DNA of 63,745 bases, the filler included, from Phoronis australis (Eukaryota > Animalia > Phoronida), in assembly GCA_002633005.1 (NCBI GenBank). It is 7 parts of 7 records of this genome, joined end to end, with 100 filler letters (N's around TTAATTAATTAA, not from the genome) between each part and the next. Parts side by side here need not be neighbours in the genome. Positions count along the whole stretch, not along the records: positions 1 to 25,774 come from NMRA01000866.1; 6 more parts are not named here. One strand, 5' to 3'. Below, one piece after another: positions 13,901-25,874 of the stretch. The translations under genes and the position numbers were made by a program. Every line of letters starts with the position of its first letter. The first letter of the stretch is position 1. The notes under the pieces were generated by a model, which worked only from the letters and a program-made list of their open reading frames with translations, ran no database searches and was not told the origin of the DNA.

Positions 13901-15139
13901 TTTTATTCCTGGTGAGTTGTCTTTTCCTACAGTAGTGGAGAGCAAGTGTGTGAAACATTTTATCTCAGTAGTCCTAGCGTAACCGTCATGAACGTTACGT
14001 ACACGTAGGACGCCAGAAAAAGTTCCAAATTATTTTTATTTAACTTCGGAAAATCATATCTTAGAAATAGCTGTTTAGAGTCATATGAAACTTTCTCTAA
14101 GCATTATTGTTTTTTAAATTGACCCGCTTTGCATGAGGACCGCGGGTTATCAAAAATAGGACTTCTATTTTTACAAAAAATAATATTTTTTAAAAGAAAA
14201 CACTATCGTAAAAATGTAACATCGCTTTTGAGATTTCACCATGAAATTTTTTATCCACCAAAGCTGGGTGGGTCACCGACGCCGCTTTTCGGGTATGACT
14301 GTACCTTTCTTTTTTGCTAAAACGATATGGTCACCTTACGCAATGCACGGTAGATTTGCATACAGATAAAAATTAAATTCTGCCTGCTATTTGTTTTCGG
14401 CAAATATAATTATTTTTCATCCAACAAATTCTAAATTTTGTACATATTTGGCTCAAGCACAGACTTGTCAATGAGGTCGTCCAGCATAACCGGAATGTAT
14501 CGGCATAGCAGTACAGCCCTGGCCTTCTGTTCCATCTACACAAAATTCTAAAATTCTGTCACTAGTTTCAACCATAAACATAGAGCTGTCTCAGATGGGA
14601 GGGCTCGAATTCCTGACGTTGTGGACCTTTTGCAAACAAAAATTTGGGCGGATTTAAAAAAAAAAAAAACGGGAGTACCACTGTGAATTGCGCGTTTGTG
14701 CTTATTTAGTGGTATTTTTCCCATTTTCTTGGGCATTTTGTCCACTTTGCCTAATGGGGCCCCCTTTGGGTGCGCGCATGTTATATGCAAACTCAAGACC
14801 CGAGTTCAATAGCCTCGCATATAGATTTATATGACAGAACAATCACGCTATTGAAATAGAAAAAAACGCTTGTTTTGCATCTGGCTGATGCATGTACCAA
14901 AGACATACTCACGTTGGATAATGTCGCAGAATCGTGGTCATCAGATAGTATACGTTGGCGTTTTGCATAAGTAAAGAAGACATGTTAACTTTCCCAATCT
15001 AAAATATTGACAAATAAAATACCTACTCAAAAAAGTATTGCATATTTTGTTACACAACTCTATACTATTCACGTCTCAAAAATGAACTCAAATTTCATTC
15101 CGATTTAATAAAGAACACATGCGCGCACCCAGGGCCCGC

Positions 15140-15345
15140 ATGAGCGGCGCGTCGTAGGGGGCTATAGCCCCCACTTTTTTCAGTGCTGCGCCGCCCATAG
15201 TCTATGGCGGTGCACCACAGGGTGGCTGGGTGGCTTCAGCACCCCACTTTTTCAGTGCTTCTCCGCTCATGGTCTATGGCGGTGCACAACAGGGGCGGCT
15301 CGGGGGCTTCAGTCCCCCACTTTTTTCAGTGCTGCGCCACCCATG
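15140..15345. repeat. Three-copy diverged minisatellite (CCCCACTTTTTCAGTGCT core)
   Basis: Core seen at about 15168, 15242 and 15314. Confidence 0.7.
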
Positions 15346-15437
15346 AGGGGGGCTCCGATTGGCGAAGTGGGCAAAAAAGTCAGCTTCAAAGAAACAAAAA
15401 TTCCGAAAAAAGTAGAAAACGAGACAAAAGTCCACTA

Positions 15438-16998
15438 ACAAGAGCAACGCGGAGCGTTGAAATGCGCCCATGAACGCAAATGGTGTGCCTTTGGGGTTAT
15501 TCAATTGTATCATAAAAATGGCCACTAGATGGCGCAAAAACATACACTCCATCCAAAAACGGGAACATGCCATATTTCATAAAAATCTGTCAAGGACCTT
15601 CAGAGAAACAAAGGAAAACAGAAGAAAATGAAATTGCCACTTGTGAGCACAGTGTCCATTCCATCCGCCTGAAAGTCGTCGTCAGTTATCTTCATTTAAA
15701 TTCACTCACTGAATTTAATAAAGATCCTGCAGTGCCGGGGTTTTGGAGAAACAGCCGTGGGCGCAAAACAAAACAAAACTACCAATAGGAGGCGCCACAG
15801 TAGTCAGTCGCCATCATCAAACGTCCTCGTCACGCCAATTTTCAAAACCATCCCTAGAATGATTTGGTTGATCGAGAGGTGGACGCTACTAAAAAACAAG
15901 ATTTGAAAACAGCAAAAAATGGCCACCAGATGGCGCAAAATACCTTGATTCCATCCCAAAACAGGATGATAGCGTCATCTCACCAATAGATGCCTATAGT
16001 CAAAATTTTATGAAAATCTGTTGAGGACCTTTGAAGATACAGACTGGTAAAGGTAAAAAACTAAAGTTGCCACTAGGGGCCACACCACTTGTCAGATCCG
16101 TCCGAAAGTCGTCGTCATCCATTGTCAAGACTTGCTAAATCAAGTAAAGATCCTGCACACGGTTTAATAGATACAGCCATGAGCACCAAAAAAACAAAAC
16201 TGCCACTAGGAGGCGCCACAGTAGTCGAACTAGTCGGAAAATCGTCGTCAGCCGTTCACTTCATAGAAAAAATATACATGTAAATTTTCACAATTATCCT
16301 GAAAGCGGTTTGGTTGATAGACAAGTGGACGCCAAAAAACAGACTCGAAAGCAGTAAAAATGGCCACTAGGTGGCGCAAACTAGGTTGAATCCATCTGAA
16401 AACGGAGAGATAGCGTCATCTCATTTACTGATGCCTGTATGCCATATTTTATGAAAATACCTTGGGGACCTTTGAACATACAGAGGTAAACATAAAAAAT
16501 AAAATTGCCACTAGGTGGCACACCAGTATTCAATCCGTCTGAAAGTCGTCGTCCCCCGTATAAATAAACTTACTAAATTTAGTAAAGATCCTACGAACGG
16601 TTTAGGGGATACAGCCTTAGGCACAAAAAGAAACAAAACTGCCACTAGGAGGCGCCACAGAAGTCGAAGTCGTCGCAAAAGCATTGCCAGCCGTCCACTT
16701 CATAGTAAGAACATACATGCCAATTTTCACAATCACCCTTTGAGCGGTTTGGTTGATAGAGAGGTGGACGCAAAAACAGTCTCTAAAACAGTAAAAATGG
16801 CACTAGGTGGCGCAAACTACGTCGAATCCACCCGAAAACGGGAGGATAGCGTCATCTCACTAATAGGTGCCTACATGCAAATTTCATGACAATCCGTTAA
16901 AGATCGACTTTTGAAGATACAGAGGTAAACGTAAAAAAAATAAAATTGCCACTAGGGGGCACACCAGTAGTCAGATCCTTCCGAAAGTCATTGTCGTC
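15438..16998 (+). mobile_element. Helentron/HINE-like element with internal tandem array, 3'-truncated (copy 1)
   Basis: Same 5' end (ACAAGAGCAACGCGGAGCGTTGAAATGCGCCCA) and same roughly 440-bp trimeric array as copies at 22223 and 58584; lacks the microsatellite and hairpin end. Confidence 0.75.
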
Positions 16999-17870
16999 TG
17001 ACACAGCAACTGGCATTTCTTTTGCCACGTCTTCGCCAGACTTGTTCTCTGCCATCGTTCTTGTGCAAACAGAAACAACATTCATCTGTAAAGAGCTCAG
17101 AATTTTACTACTGTCTGGTCCAACACTGACGCTGAGTGTACCATCTGTGTCTGTGCCACTTAATTTGTGTTCACTCAAGAAACTGGTGTCACCTTTCTGA
17201 AAATCTTCGAGCTCCTTCGACATAGAGTTATGACTGGATCGCCTTAGACGTAACAAATCATCCTCTGGCTGCAATTATAGGAATTCAACACTTTTGGTCA
17301 ACCTGCTCTCACACAGTCCTTTACATCACCCCTCTCTTGTAATTCTGCTGATGCTACTTCGGTTCACTCCTAGTCTGCAATCTCATACTGCGTTTTTCCA
17401 GTTTTTAACTAGAACTTTTCCATGTAGGACAAAAGTCAGTGAGCGAACAACGTTTATGGTCAATACAAATTACACTAAACTGTTTTCAAAACTGCGAACA
17501 TTGACACTTGATGGTATTTTAATACACAGCATATGCATCCGCTATGATACATGCTGTGAACTGTGAATAGACAAGATTTCATACAAACAATTCACACGAA
17601 TAGGCATTTCTTTTACTCAGGAGCTATACCGAGGTTCCAAATTTTATTTGAGTAACCTCGATTACCAAAATTACAATTTTTGGTGTTTCAACCAACCACT
17701 TTGGATTGGTCACAATTTACACAATTTTCAAGTTAAGGGTCCAAATGTCCATCATTCAATCAGTAAAAGATTGCCTCTTCATTGTGCCACTCAATTGAAC
17801 ATAATTCTTCTTGGATTATGGAAAATATGTGGATAATTAAATGAATATGTAATACTTATTTGAGTGGTAG
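16999..17870 (-). mobile_element. Decayed Tc1/mariner transposon, 5' half
   Basis: Minus-strand frames give KTGKTQYEIA..LGVNRSSISRI..RGDVKDCVRAG*PK (HTH region) and WTRQ**NSELFTDECCFCLHKNDGREQVWRRRGKRNASCCV (first Asp of the Tc1 DDE motif), with stops and frameshifts. The left boundary is approximate. Confidence 0.8.
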
Positions 17871-18371
17871 AGAAACACTTTGCAGTTAAATTACAGTCCT
17901 GCATGTATTTGCGTTTTCATTGTAAGTTTATAAACAGAGTGGTCTGCCAAAACGTGGGAAATTACTAAACAGAAAACGTGATAAAAATGAAATGAAAAAT
18001 CTTGAATAAAAATGAACAAAGGATGCAATAACTAAACGAACGCCGTTCATTCTTAGGCTGGGACGGTTTCAAGAGAATCAATGAATTTTAATGCAACCAA
18101 TAAAACACTTTGAGACTAATAACTTTTTATCTACCACCATCAGGATTGCAGGTCTAGTGGACAATGTGGTCGACTCGTAGATAACTGTACAGTCGATTTC
18201 AATCGATGGCAATTCCGCATGTCTCGCCGGTTCAAAACACAGTGTACGAACGCTTGGCAAGTGTGTCTCTGCATTGTCCTTGCCTCCACGTCATCATAAG
18301 CAAGAGATACCTGGCACGTTTTTGTGCCGTGGCATTTTAATGTATATTTAAGAAGTAACAGGAATATTGTT

Positions 18372-18493
18372 TTAGCTGTTACATTTACTGCTTTGTTCCA
18401 AATGTTTTTTTAGAAAAGTTAAAACTCGCTGCCAACAGTCGACTTGGGCTTTGTTGTGCAAATGCGCTACACCTCCATACAACAAGAGAGCAT
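18372..18493 (-). CDS. Acyl-CoA thioesterase / BAAT family, last coding exon
   Basis: DALLLYGGVAHLHNKAQVDCWQRVLTFLKKHL matches the ACOT/BAAT C-terminus; tttcag acceptor, phase-1 join to exon 19280-19484. Confidence 0.9.
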
Positions 18494-19279
18494 CTGAAAG
18501 ATAAAATTGCGTTAGTTCAGTTTTGACCAAATTAGAAGTAAAAAGTGGAAAACAAAAAACGTCGCTAGACTGCAGCACAGAAGCGATGCTTCAACTATCA
18601 GTCAAATATCATCTTTAAGTACAACAGTCAGGCAGAACAAAATATCGTAACAGAAAGCTTACTTCACGGTGCATGGCACAGGATCTGTCAACACAAACTA
18701 GAAACTCTACTACAACTGGCACAAGATATGTTTGAGTGGTTTTCAAAAAAAAAACACGTGGGGCTCTGTCTTTCGAAAAACAATACTACACACCTGTATC
18801 TAAGATTGGAAATGCAATGATTTAGTAAATATCAAGGTTAAACTGCAAGCTCGGCTCTGGACCAAATTCATGAATCAGCAGCTACGATCATCAGACGTTC
18901 GTGGTGTCTATCTGCATGTAATACTAATCTATTAAATTCTTCTTGAATGACTGAAACTGTAAATTTGTAATGGGATGAGAACAGAAAACATTTTCTATTT
19001 GAGTCAAAATTGATAACCACATCTTCTCGGTTATCCGTTAAGAACTCAGACAGGTACAGTACTTTTCAAGGACAGAGTTGACGAAACTCATTAGGCTTTC
19101 TAGCGTTTCGTGTTTAGGTGCTGAGCACATGGCACATCCCAAGGTAAAGTTGCTGAACCAGACAGTTCATAACACTCGTGTCGTCATGACGAGTACGGCT
19201 ATCCCAAGAACACAACAAAATAGACTTAAGATTCAACATGTATAAATTACACTGATTACTGCAAAGAAAATACCCATAC

Positions 19280-19484
19280 CTAAAGCTGCATGAAAAACAC
19301 TGGAATTGAGAGGCGCATAGGGCGGTTCCAATAGATGGCCAGCTCCAGGGTACATAAAGGCCTCGTAGTTAGGAGGGTCTCTGTACTTTTTTAACCTCTC
19401 CACCAGCTGGAAATGATTGACTGTGTCTACTAATCTGTCATCACCACTCGCTATGAGCAAGAATGGTGACGTGGACTCTTCGAT
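19280..19484 (-). CDS. Acyl-CoA thioesterase / BAAT family exon with catalytic Asp and His
   Basis: IEESTSPFLLIASGDD...YPGAGHLLEPPYAP is the BAAT_C signature; AG/GT boundaries. Confidence 0.93.
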
Positions 19485-21564
19485 CTGAAGTGGAAGACAT
19501 GAACACTTCATGTTTTCACCGAATCTACGAGCGGGTTTTGACTGGACATTAGGCCAGCACTCCAAGGGTACTAAAAGACTTCATTCGGTCAGAAAACAAA
19601 ATTCTAATTTGCAAGAGACTGCAAACTAGTTGAGACCAGTTTTGTAATCGTTAATAAATTGATAGCACATTTGAAGGAAACTTATTTTTGTTTTTACTTT
19701 TTTGATTAGTTAAATACGGGGTATCAAGGTTTGAAATAGTAACTTATTGACTAAACGAATAGGCCTACCATATTTTAGAAAGCTAAATAATACAATTCAA
19801 ATACGAACTTGACGTCACATTAATTCATTACATGGCTGCCTACAATGACGTCCAAACAGTAATAGGTTTTGTTTTTGTGTAGTAGGTATTTTCTGGGGAC
19901 CTTTGGATTATTTTGCTGTGGTTATATACATATACAATATACATATACATAACCATTTCATAAGGAGTTTGAGACACTGTCGGGTATAAAAGCAAACACT
20001 GGGCTGCACTAGTAGCATGGGAGTTGCCATGAAATCCTTTTACGTGACCATTTTTCTCACGCTCTTTTGCATGTAGCATTGCACAGTGTTTAGTCAGACT
20101 CGCGACAACACGGGTCCATGAAAAGGGCTTTCATTGCACACGTCCAACATATTGCCTTCCTGGCAGCAACAATAAAGAATGCCCCAGGGCTCTGTCACAT
20201 CTATACCTAATATGGAAATGTGGCCCTGTTAAGTGATGATGGACACACGGCATTCCGTTTCAGCCTCCAGCGGACAGTCAGTCTCGTTCAGGTAGATAAT
20301 ATACTCAAATGCCCGACTGTATCAACTTTCCTATTTGGAGTCATTTGAGTTGACTTAGCCTCATAGGTGCACTTTGTTGGTCGGTATTTACTCCAAACGA
20401 ACACCAGCGCATGGACAAAGATTTAATAGTAAGAGAAGATTATTGTGACGAGTTGGCGGCAATGGGAGGGCCAGCATTCGTTGCTAAGTTACTGAAAGTC
20501 ATTTCTATGACCAATCATGTGACAGAACAGAAAGGAGCAGGGCTTGTTTCTTTTAGGAATTCCATGTGCAGGCATCAGCCGGTGCCCATGTCTTGATTTG
20601 GATGTTTGTCTTATAAGTAATATGGCGAGGAAATGAGTCCCAAATGCATAGAGAATCGTTTTTCCCTTTTTAATTTGTTTGACACTGTGTTATCTAGGGT
20701 GTGCCAAAAGCACGAACTTGCAATAGTCTATTGTTGCCGTTGCTGCAACCGCAAGCTGGGCATATACTAATGCGTTTTATGAATATCAACTAATGAGCAT
20801 GTTTGAATGTTATTTTTTGACCAATTGCAATATCCGAATGTTACTTCGTTCTGTTAACCAATGGGAGCTCATGTTACAAAATCAATCGCACTGGAAACGG
20901 TGTGTATTACAAAGGGCAAAGAATACTAATGTGACGTAAATTTCCGGTCAAGGAAATGCTCAAATATTAAGTATTTTAATAAATTGCTCTTTTGGTACTC
21001 AGGCGCTTCAAAGCAAAGAAATTTTGGAATTCCCCAAGTAAAAATTTAATACATTAATTAACAAAGCCTTATACCTGATAATTGCTCTGACAAAAGAGAT
21101 ACCTAACTGTAAATTCCCTTAAACAGCATTGAGACAGTGGTGATGTCTAAATTTTGCGAAATAAAGAAGGCAGAATAAAAAGACTGACATGTCACTTAGG
21201 CCTTCTACAGGCCCACTGCAAAAGACACTGTGCTTAACTTCACTGCTCCTACTCAGCCAGCCTTCCAGCTTGCTCGAGGAATTTTGCAAGTATTTTAATG
21301 TTTTTTGTGAGCTATGACAGTTTTCACTGAAACTGCTTTACTTCCAAAACATTCTTGTCTTTGGTAAATGAAGCACCAGCTGACATGGTGTTATCTTCCA
21401 TCCAGCATTTTTGGCAGCAGGTTGCAGGCGGTCTGGTACACCATGTATCAGACGTGTGCAGCCGCTCAGATGGGCCCATTGCACCAATCACCAGAAACCA
21501 TACTTTATTAATATATAGTTAAAACCGGAGTTGAAGAGCTTGAGAGCTGACTCAAGGATCTAGC

Positions 21565-21645
21565 AGTGTGCCCCAGTGGGACTCGAACCTATGACCTTCA
21601 GTAAAGGAAGCGGACACTTCTCCCACTAGGTGGCACTGCCTCCTC
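21565..21645 (-). mobile_element. tRNA-derived SINE head or tRNA pseudogene
   Basis: A-box-like CCTAGTGG and B-box GGTTCGAGTCCC on the minus strand; cloverleaf stems are degenerate. Confidence 0.5.
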
Positions 21646-22222
21646 AACAGGAATCTGCTGCTCAGCCTGTTGTTTTCTAATGTTTCTGCAGGTTACAGTG
21701 ACCTGTTATCACCTGTATTACCAACTGCAGTTGACTGGTCAGGCTCAACAGCTTGGTAATAAGACTAGGAGTTATCCATCTCATTCCTACTACCACTTCT
21801 GTTGTACTTTAAATTCAATTTCTGAACTAAGTGTGGCTAATGGATCAGATGCCTGATTACCCTAGGCATGGTATCCAGGTAACTAAGATACAGTTACATT
21901 CACCTAGAAAATGTCCTTTCCGGCTTTAATAGCTGCCTGGCCATCTGACAAGATAGCTACACATATACGCAGGGCCAATTAGGTTCAAAGTTCAAATAAC
22001 TCAGTTAGCTCTGACGAATCTTCCTGTGAAGTAATTTATGAGATTCATCCAATCCATTCTTTAATGCGGAGTAATAAAGAATGCTAACTCACAGTATTAA
22101 TAACCAAAATGGTTTCACTTAAAACACGAACCAAAATAATGGTTTTCAAAGACGGCATTGCACCATTAGTTAGTAATTCACTGCTGAAATCTTAAATGCA
22201 GTAATGCTCACAATACACAGAA

Positions 22223-23503
22223 ACAAGAGCAATGCCGAGCATTGAAATGCGCCCACGAATGCATCGCAAATGGTGTGCTTTTAGGGTTATTTAATTGTAT
22301 CATAAAAATGGCCACCAGATGGTGTAAAAACATACAATCCATCCAAAAACAGAAACATGCCATACTTCATAAAAATCTGTCAAGGAACTTCAGAGAAACA
22401 AAGGAAAACAGAATAAAATGAAATTGCCACTAGTGGGCACAGTGTCTGTTGGATCCGCCTGAAAAGTCGTCTATTGTCTTCATATTATACACTTACTAAC
22501 TTTAGTAAAGATCCTGCAGTGGGTTTAAGAGAAACAACTATGGGCGCAAAACAAAACTACCACTAGGAGGCGCCACAGTAGTCAGTCACCATCATCAAAG
22601 GTCGTCTTCACACTGAGAACATATATGCCAATTTTCAAATGATTTGGTTGATACAGGGGTGGACACCAAAAACAAGATTTGAAAACAGCAAAAATGGCCA
22701 CTAGGTGGAGCAAAATACCTCGATTCCATCCAAAAACAGGAAGATAGCGTCATCACACCAATAGATGCCTTTTTCTAAAATTTTATGAAAATCTGTTGAG
22801 GACCTTTGAAGATACTGAGTTAAACGTAAAAAACTAAAATTGCTAGTAGGGGGCACACCAGTAGTCGGATGTGTCCAAAATTCGTCATCGTCCGTTGTTA
22901 ACATTAAATAAATATACTTACTAAATTTCGTAAAGATCCTGCAAACGGTTTAGGAGATACAGCCATAGGCACAAAAAAAACTGCCACTAGGAGGCGCCAC
23001 AGTACTCAAAATCATTGGAAAATCATCGTCAACCATCCTATTTATAATAAGCACATACATGACAATTTTCACAATCATCCTTTGAGCGGTTTGGTTGATA
23101 GAGAGGTGGACGCAAAAAACAGACTTGAAAACAGTAAAAATGGCCACTAGGTGGCGCAAACTACGTCGAATCCATCCAAAAACGAGAGGATAGCCTCATC
23201 TCACTAATAGGTGCCTACATACCAAATTTCATGAAAATCCGTTTAGGACTTTTGAAGATACAAAGGTAAGCGTAAAACACTAAAATTGCAACTAGGGGGC
23301 ACACCCGTAGTCGGATCCGTCCGAAAGTTCACTCATGCCATCCCATTCATGAATGGAAGATATGTGCGAAATTTCATGAACGTATGTCAAAGGGTTTTGG
23401 AGATAGAGCAGCGGACGCCGGACGGATGCTGCCCGGACGGATGGACGAATGGACGGAGATGAGGGCATAATGCCTCCACATATAAATATGTGGGCGCATA
23501 AAA
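22223..23503 (+). mobile_element. Complete Helentron/HINE-like element with internal tandem array (copy 2)
   Basis: 5' subterminal ATGCGCCCAC pairs with 3' GTGGGCGCAT; central array; GGAC-like microsatellite; 3' hairpin at 23470-23499 followed by an A-run. Confidence 0.8.
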
Positions 23504-23522
23504 ATCCAACAATTCTTTTTAC

Positions 23523-23613
23523 CCTGAATAGTTCGTCATCTGGTGCATCTAGGTATTCCATTCGGTTTTCGAGCCCAAACCGTGTGTAATGGAAATCCAC
23601 AAATGATTCGTGC
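23523..23613 (-). CDS. Probable upstream exon of the acyl-CoA thioesterase gene
   Basis: Open 91-nt exon HESFVDFHYTRFGLENRMEYLDAPDDELFR with tag/gtaaaa boundaries; ends in phase 0, matching exon 19280-19484. Little recognisable homology. Confidence 0.55.
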
Positions 23614-25559
23614 CTAAATGTAAGTAGATAAGAAACTATTAACCACAATTATCCATTAGAAATTCTGCCGTTACACAGCACCCTGCAATTTAGCAACAAT
23701 TCTCAGTTTCATCAAGAAGCATGTCCTTCATTGGATCTGACCTAAGGGCCTATTGTGTTGAGTAGAGAAATTAATGCATTAGCGATAGTTTCACTGCAAT
23801 AGAACACAGGCTAAAATAAACTGATGTATCGAGGACAACTTATATAGAGCTCTTTGGAATCTGATTGAGTTCCTCGTAAAAAGTTATCATAGGATCATTT
23901 TTACCCAAAGAAATGCAATACAAATTAGCCAAAAGATAAGCATTAGGTTTCAGTTCTCTGGTGCCCATTGATGAATGGTTTTAGTGTTAGTGACTCTTTG
24001 AACCGTGCTCTAGAGATAATTGACCTGTTAGTCGTGATGTCATACCGAAGAGCACAGCAACGATCAACAATGGACTAATGTGATATCTGGATTGGCCTCG
24101 ATTTGGAAAAGGGTTTTGTTGGATACCAAAAACAAAATCTTCATAAAATACAACACAGCGCTAAAATAAATTGAAGGTCATGCTAAAATTATCAACTTCA
24201 AACCGGAATAATTCAAGTTAGCGGTAGTGAATCTTACCGCTGAAGTAATCAGTGTACTCCATTCGACCCCTGGTGTCATACTGAGTAATCAGTACCGCTA
24301 ACATGCCATATTAAAGGACTAAAAATATGAACTAAACTATGGTTTTCGAACGATGGCCATGCACCTACTGTAGTGGCTTTAAGAGCAAATGGAAATAGAA
24401 ACAGCTTTATGAATAATCTGCTTCCATGTTAGCAACCTCTCCATAGGTGTGACGCTTTACACAATGTACCCAATAAACTGGTCTAAACAGAATAATTTAA
24501 AGAGTCTGCGCTCTAGAATTCCTGCAAATCTTTTCTTGAAAAAATACAAACCAATCACTCCCAAAACCATAAGTTTGTACCGCCAGCTAATGAAGTTCAA
24601 CCGACTACTTTTATGAAGTATTGCTTATCTTGGGCCACAGAAGCCCAACATTAAAGGTTTTAGTTGCCTCGGCCTTTTTCTATCAATTTGGTGTATTTTC
24701 CCTACTCTTGAGTGGCGTTTGAAATTTTCACTAAATTTGTGGTGTACAGCGAAATTATAATTTAAAAACAATATTTCTCCAAACCAGAAGTCAATTTTCA
24801 TGTTGCTCTTCACAAGTTGCAGAATGCAAACACTGTGTGTATAGTTGGCAGATTTCTGTAGCACCAATGTTCGAGGTAACTGGTAAGTAATTATATAGCA
24901 TTATGTACCAACTGTTGTCCAGCGCAAGGCGGCAGAATTCCGTTCCCTATATTTCCAAGATGTTGTTCATGAAGTGAAAAGCTGCTTACAGTTCGATGTA
25001 CTCAGCCTCTGTATACGAATTATTCTCCAAAGACAATGTCATAGTGAATGGTAATCAATGTTGAGTACGTACCAAGTGTGACCATTGCAAACAGTACGGA
25101 TATAAGGCGGATCATTCCTAAAAAATTTTTCCACGAAGTATTAAGGTTCATCCGAAAAGTCAACATGAGTGTTGCAGGCTCACCTTATGAAGAGCACAAT
25201 AAAACAGTAATAGTTTTCCGTGATTTGGGATCTCTTAACTTAGTTCACTAAGGAGCACAGCAGCAGTTAGTTCCATGCAAAAGCAGTCATCACTGGCATA
25301 GTAACATAACTGTTTAATTCCATGAACATTCTGAAAGGGGTAGCAGCATATGTCGGGCGCCCACACAGGAACAACAGTCAGGTATTGTACCCAGCGGGCA
25401 TATTCTCCATAGTTACCACTGAACAGAAAAGCGACAGAACACATTCGGATCAGCTGACATTTAACAAGCATGTTCAATGTACCACCCTTCCAGTTTGGGT
25501 CCCAGTAAACTAACCGTGAGTAAAATAAAAAATATTGAAAACACAACAATTTTATAGTA

Positions 25560-25660
25560 AACAAGAGCAACGCAGAGCGTTGAAATGCGCCCACAATTGC
25601 ACCGCATACGGTATCCTTCTAGGGTTGTTTATTGGTACCATAAAGTGGCCAGTAGAGGGC
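25560..25660 (+). mobile_element. 5' fragment of the same HINE-like family
   Basis: ACAAGAGCAACGCAGAGCGTTGAAATGCGCCCAC through the first GGCCAGTAGAGGGC motif. Confidence 0.65.
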
Positions 25661-25774
25661 ATATATGTAGTATGTTGTACTTTGCAAAATGGAAAGGCAT
25701 GGTCATTGTCTCCTCAATAGGCTAGGGGCAAAATGTGAGTAATCTTCATAATACAAGCACATCCTATACACCAG

Positions 25775-25874
25775 NNNNNNNNNNNNNNNNNNNNNNNNNN
25801 NNNNNNNNNNNNNNNNNNTTAATTAATTAANNNNNNNNNNNNNNNNNNNNNNNNNNNNNNNNNNNNNNNNNNNN
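25775..25874. other. Artificial contig spacer (same spacer at 34135-34234, 40714-40813, 54417-54516, 60326-60425, 62239-62338)
   Basis: Exactly 44 N + TTAATTAATTAA (stops in all six frames) + 44 N, six times. Confidence 0.97.

Noticed and set aside
16897-17274. 125-aa ORF as a host exon captured by the HINE
   Set aside because: Alternative frames show a decayed Tc1 transposase (FTDE, DGR..VWRRRG).
24880-25520. Further thioesterase exons containing the GxSxG nucleophile motif
   Set aside because: No such motif or clean open exon was found in any minus-strand frame I read.
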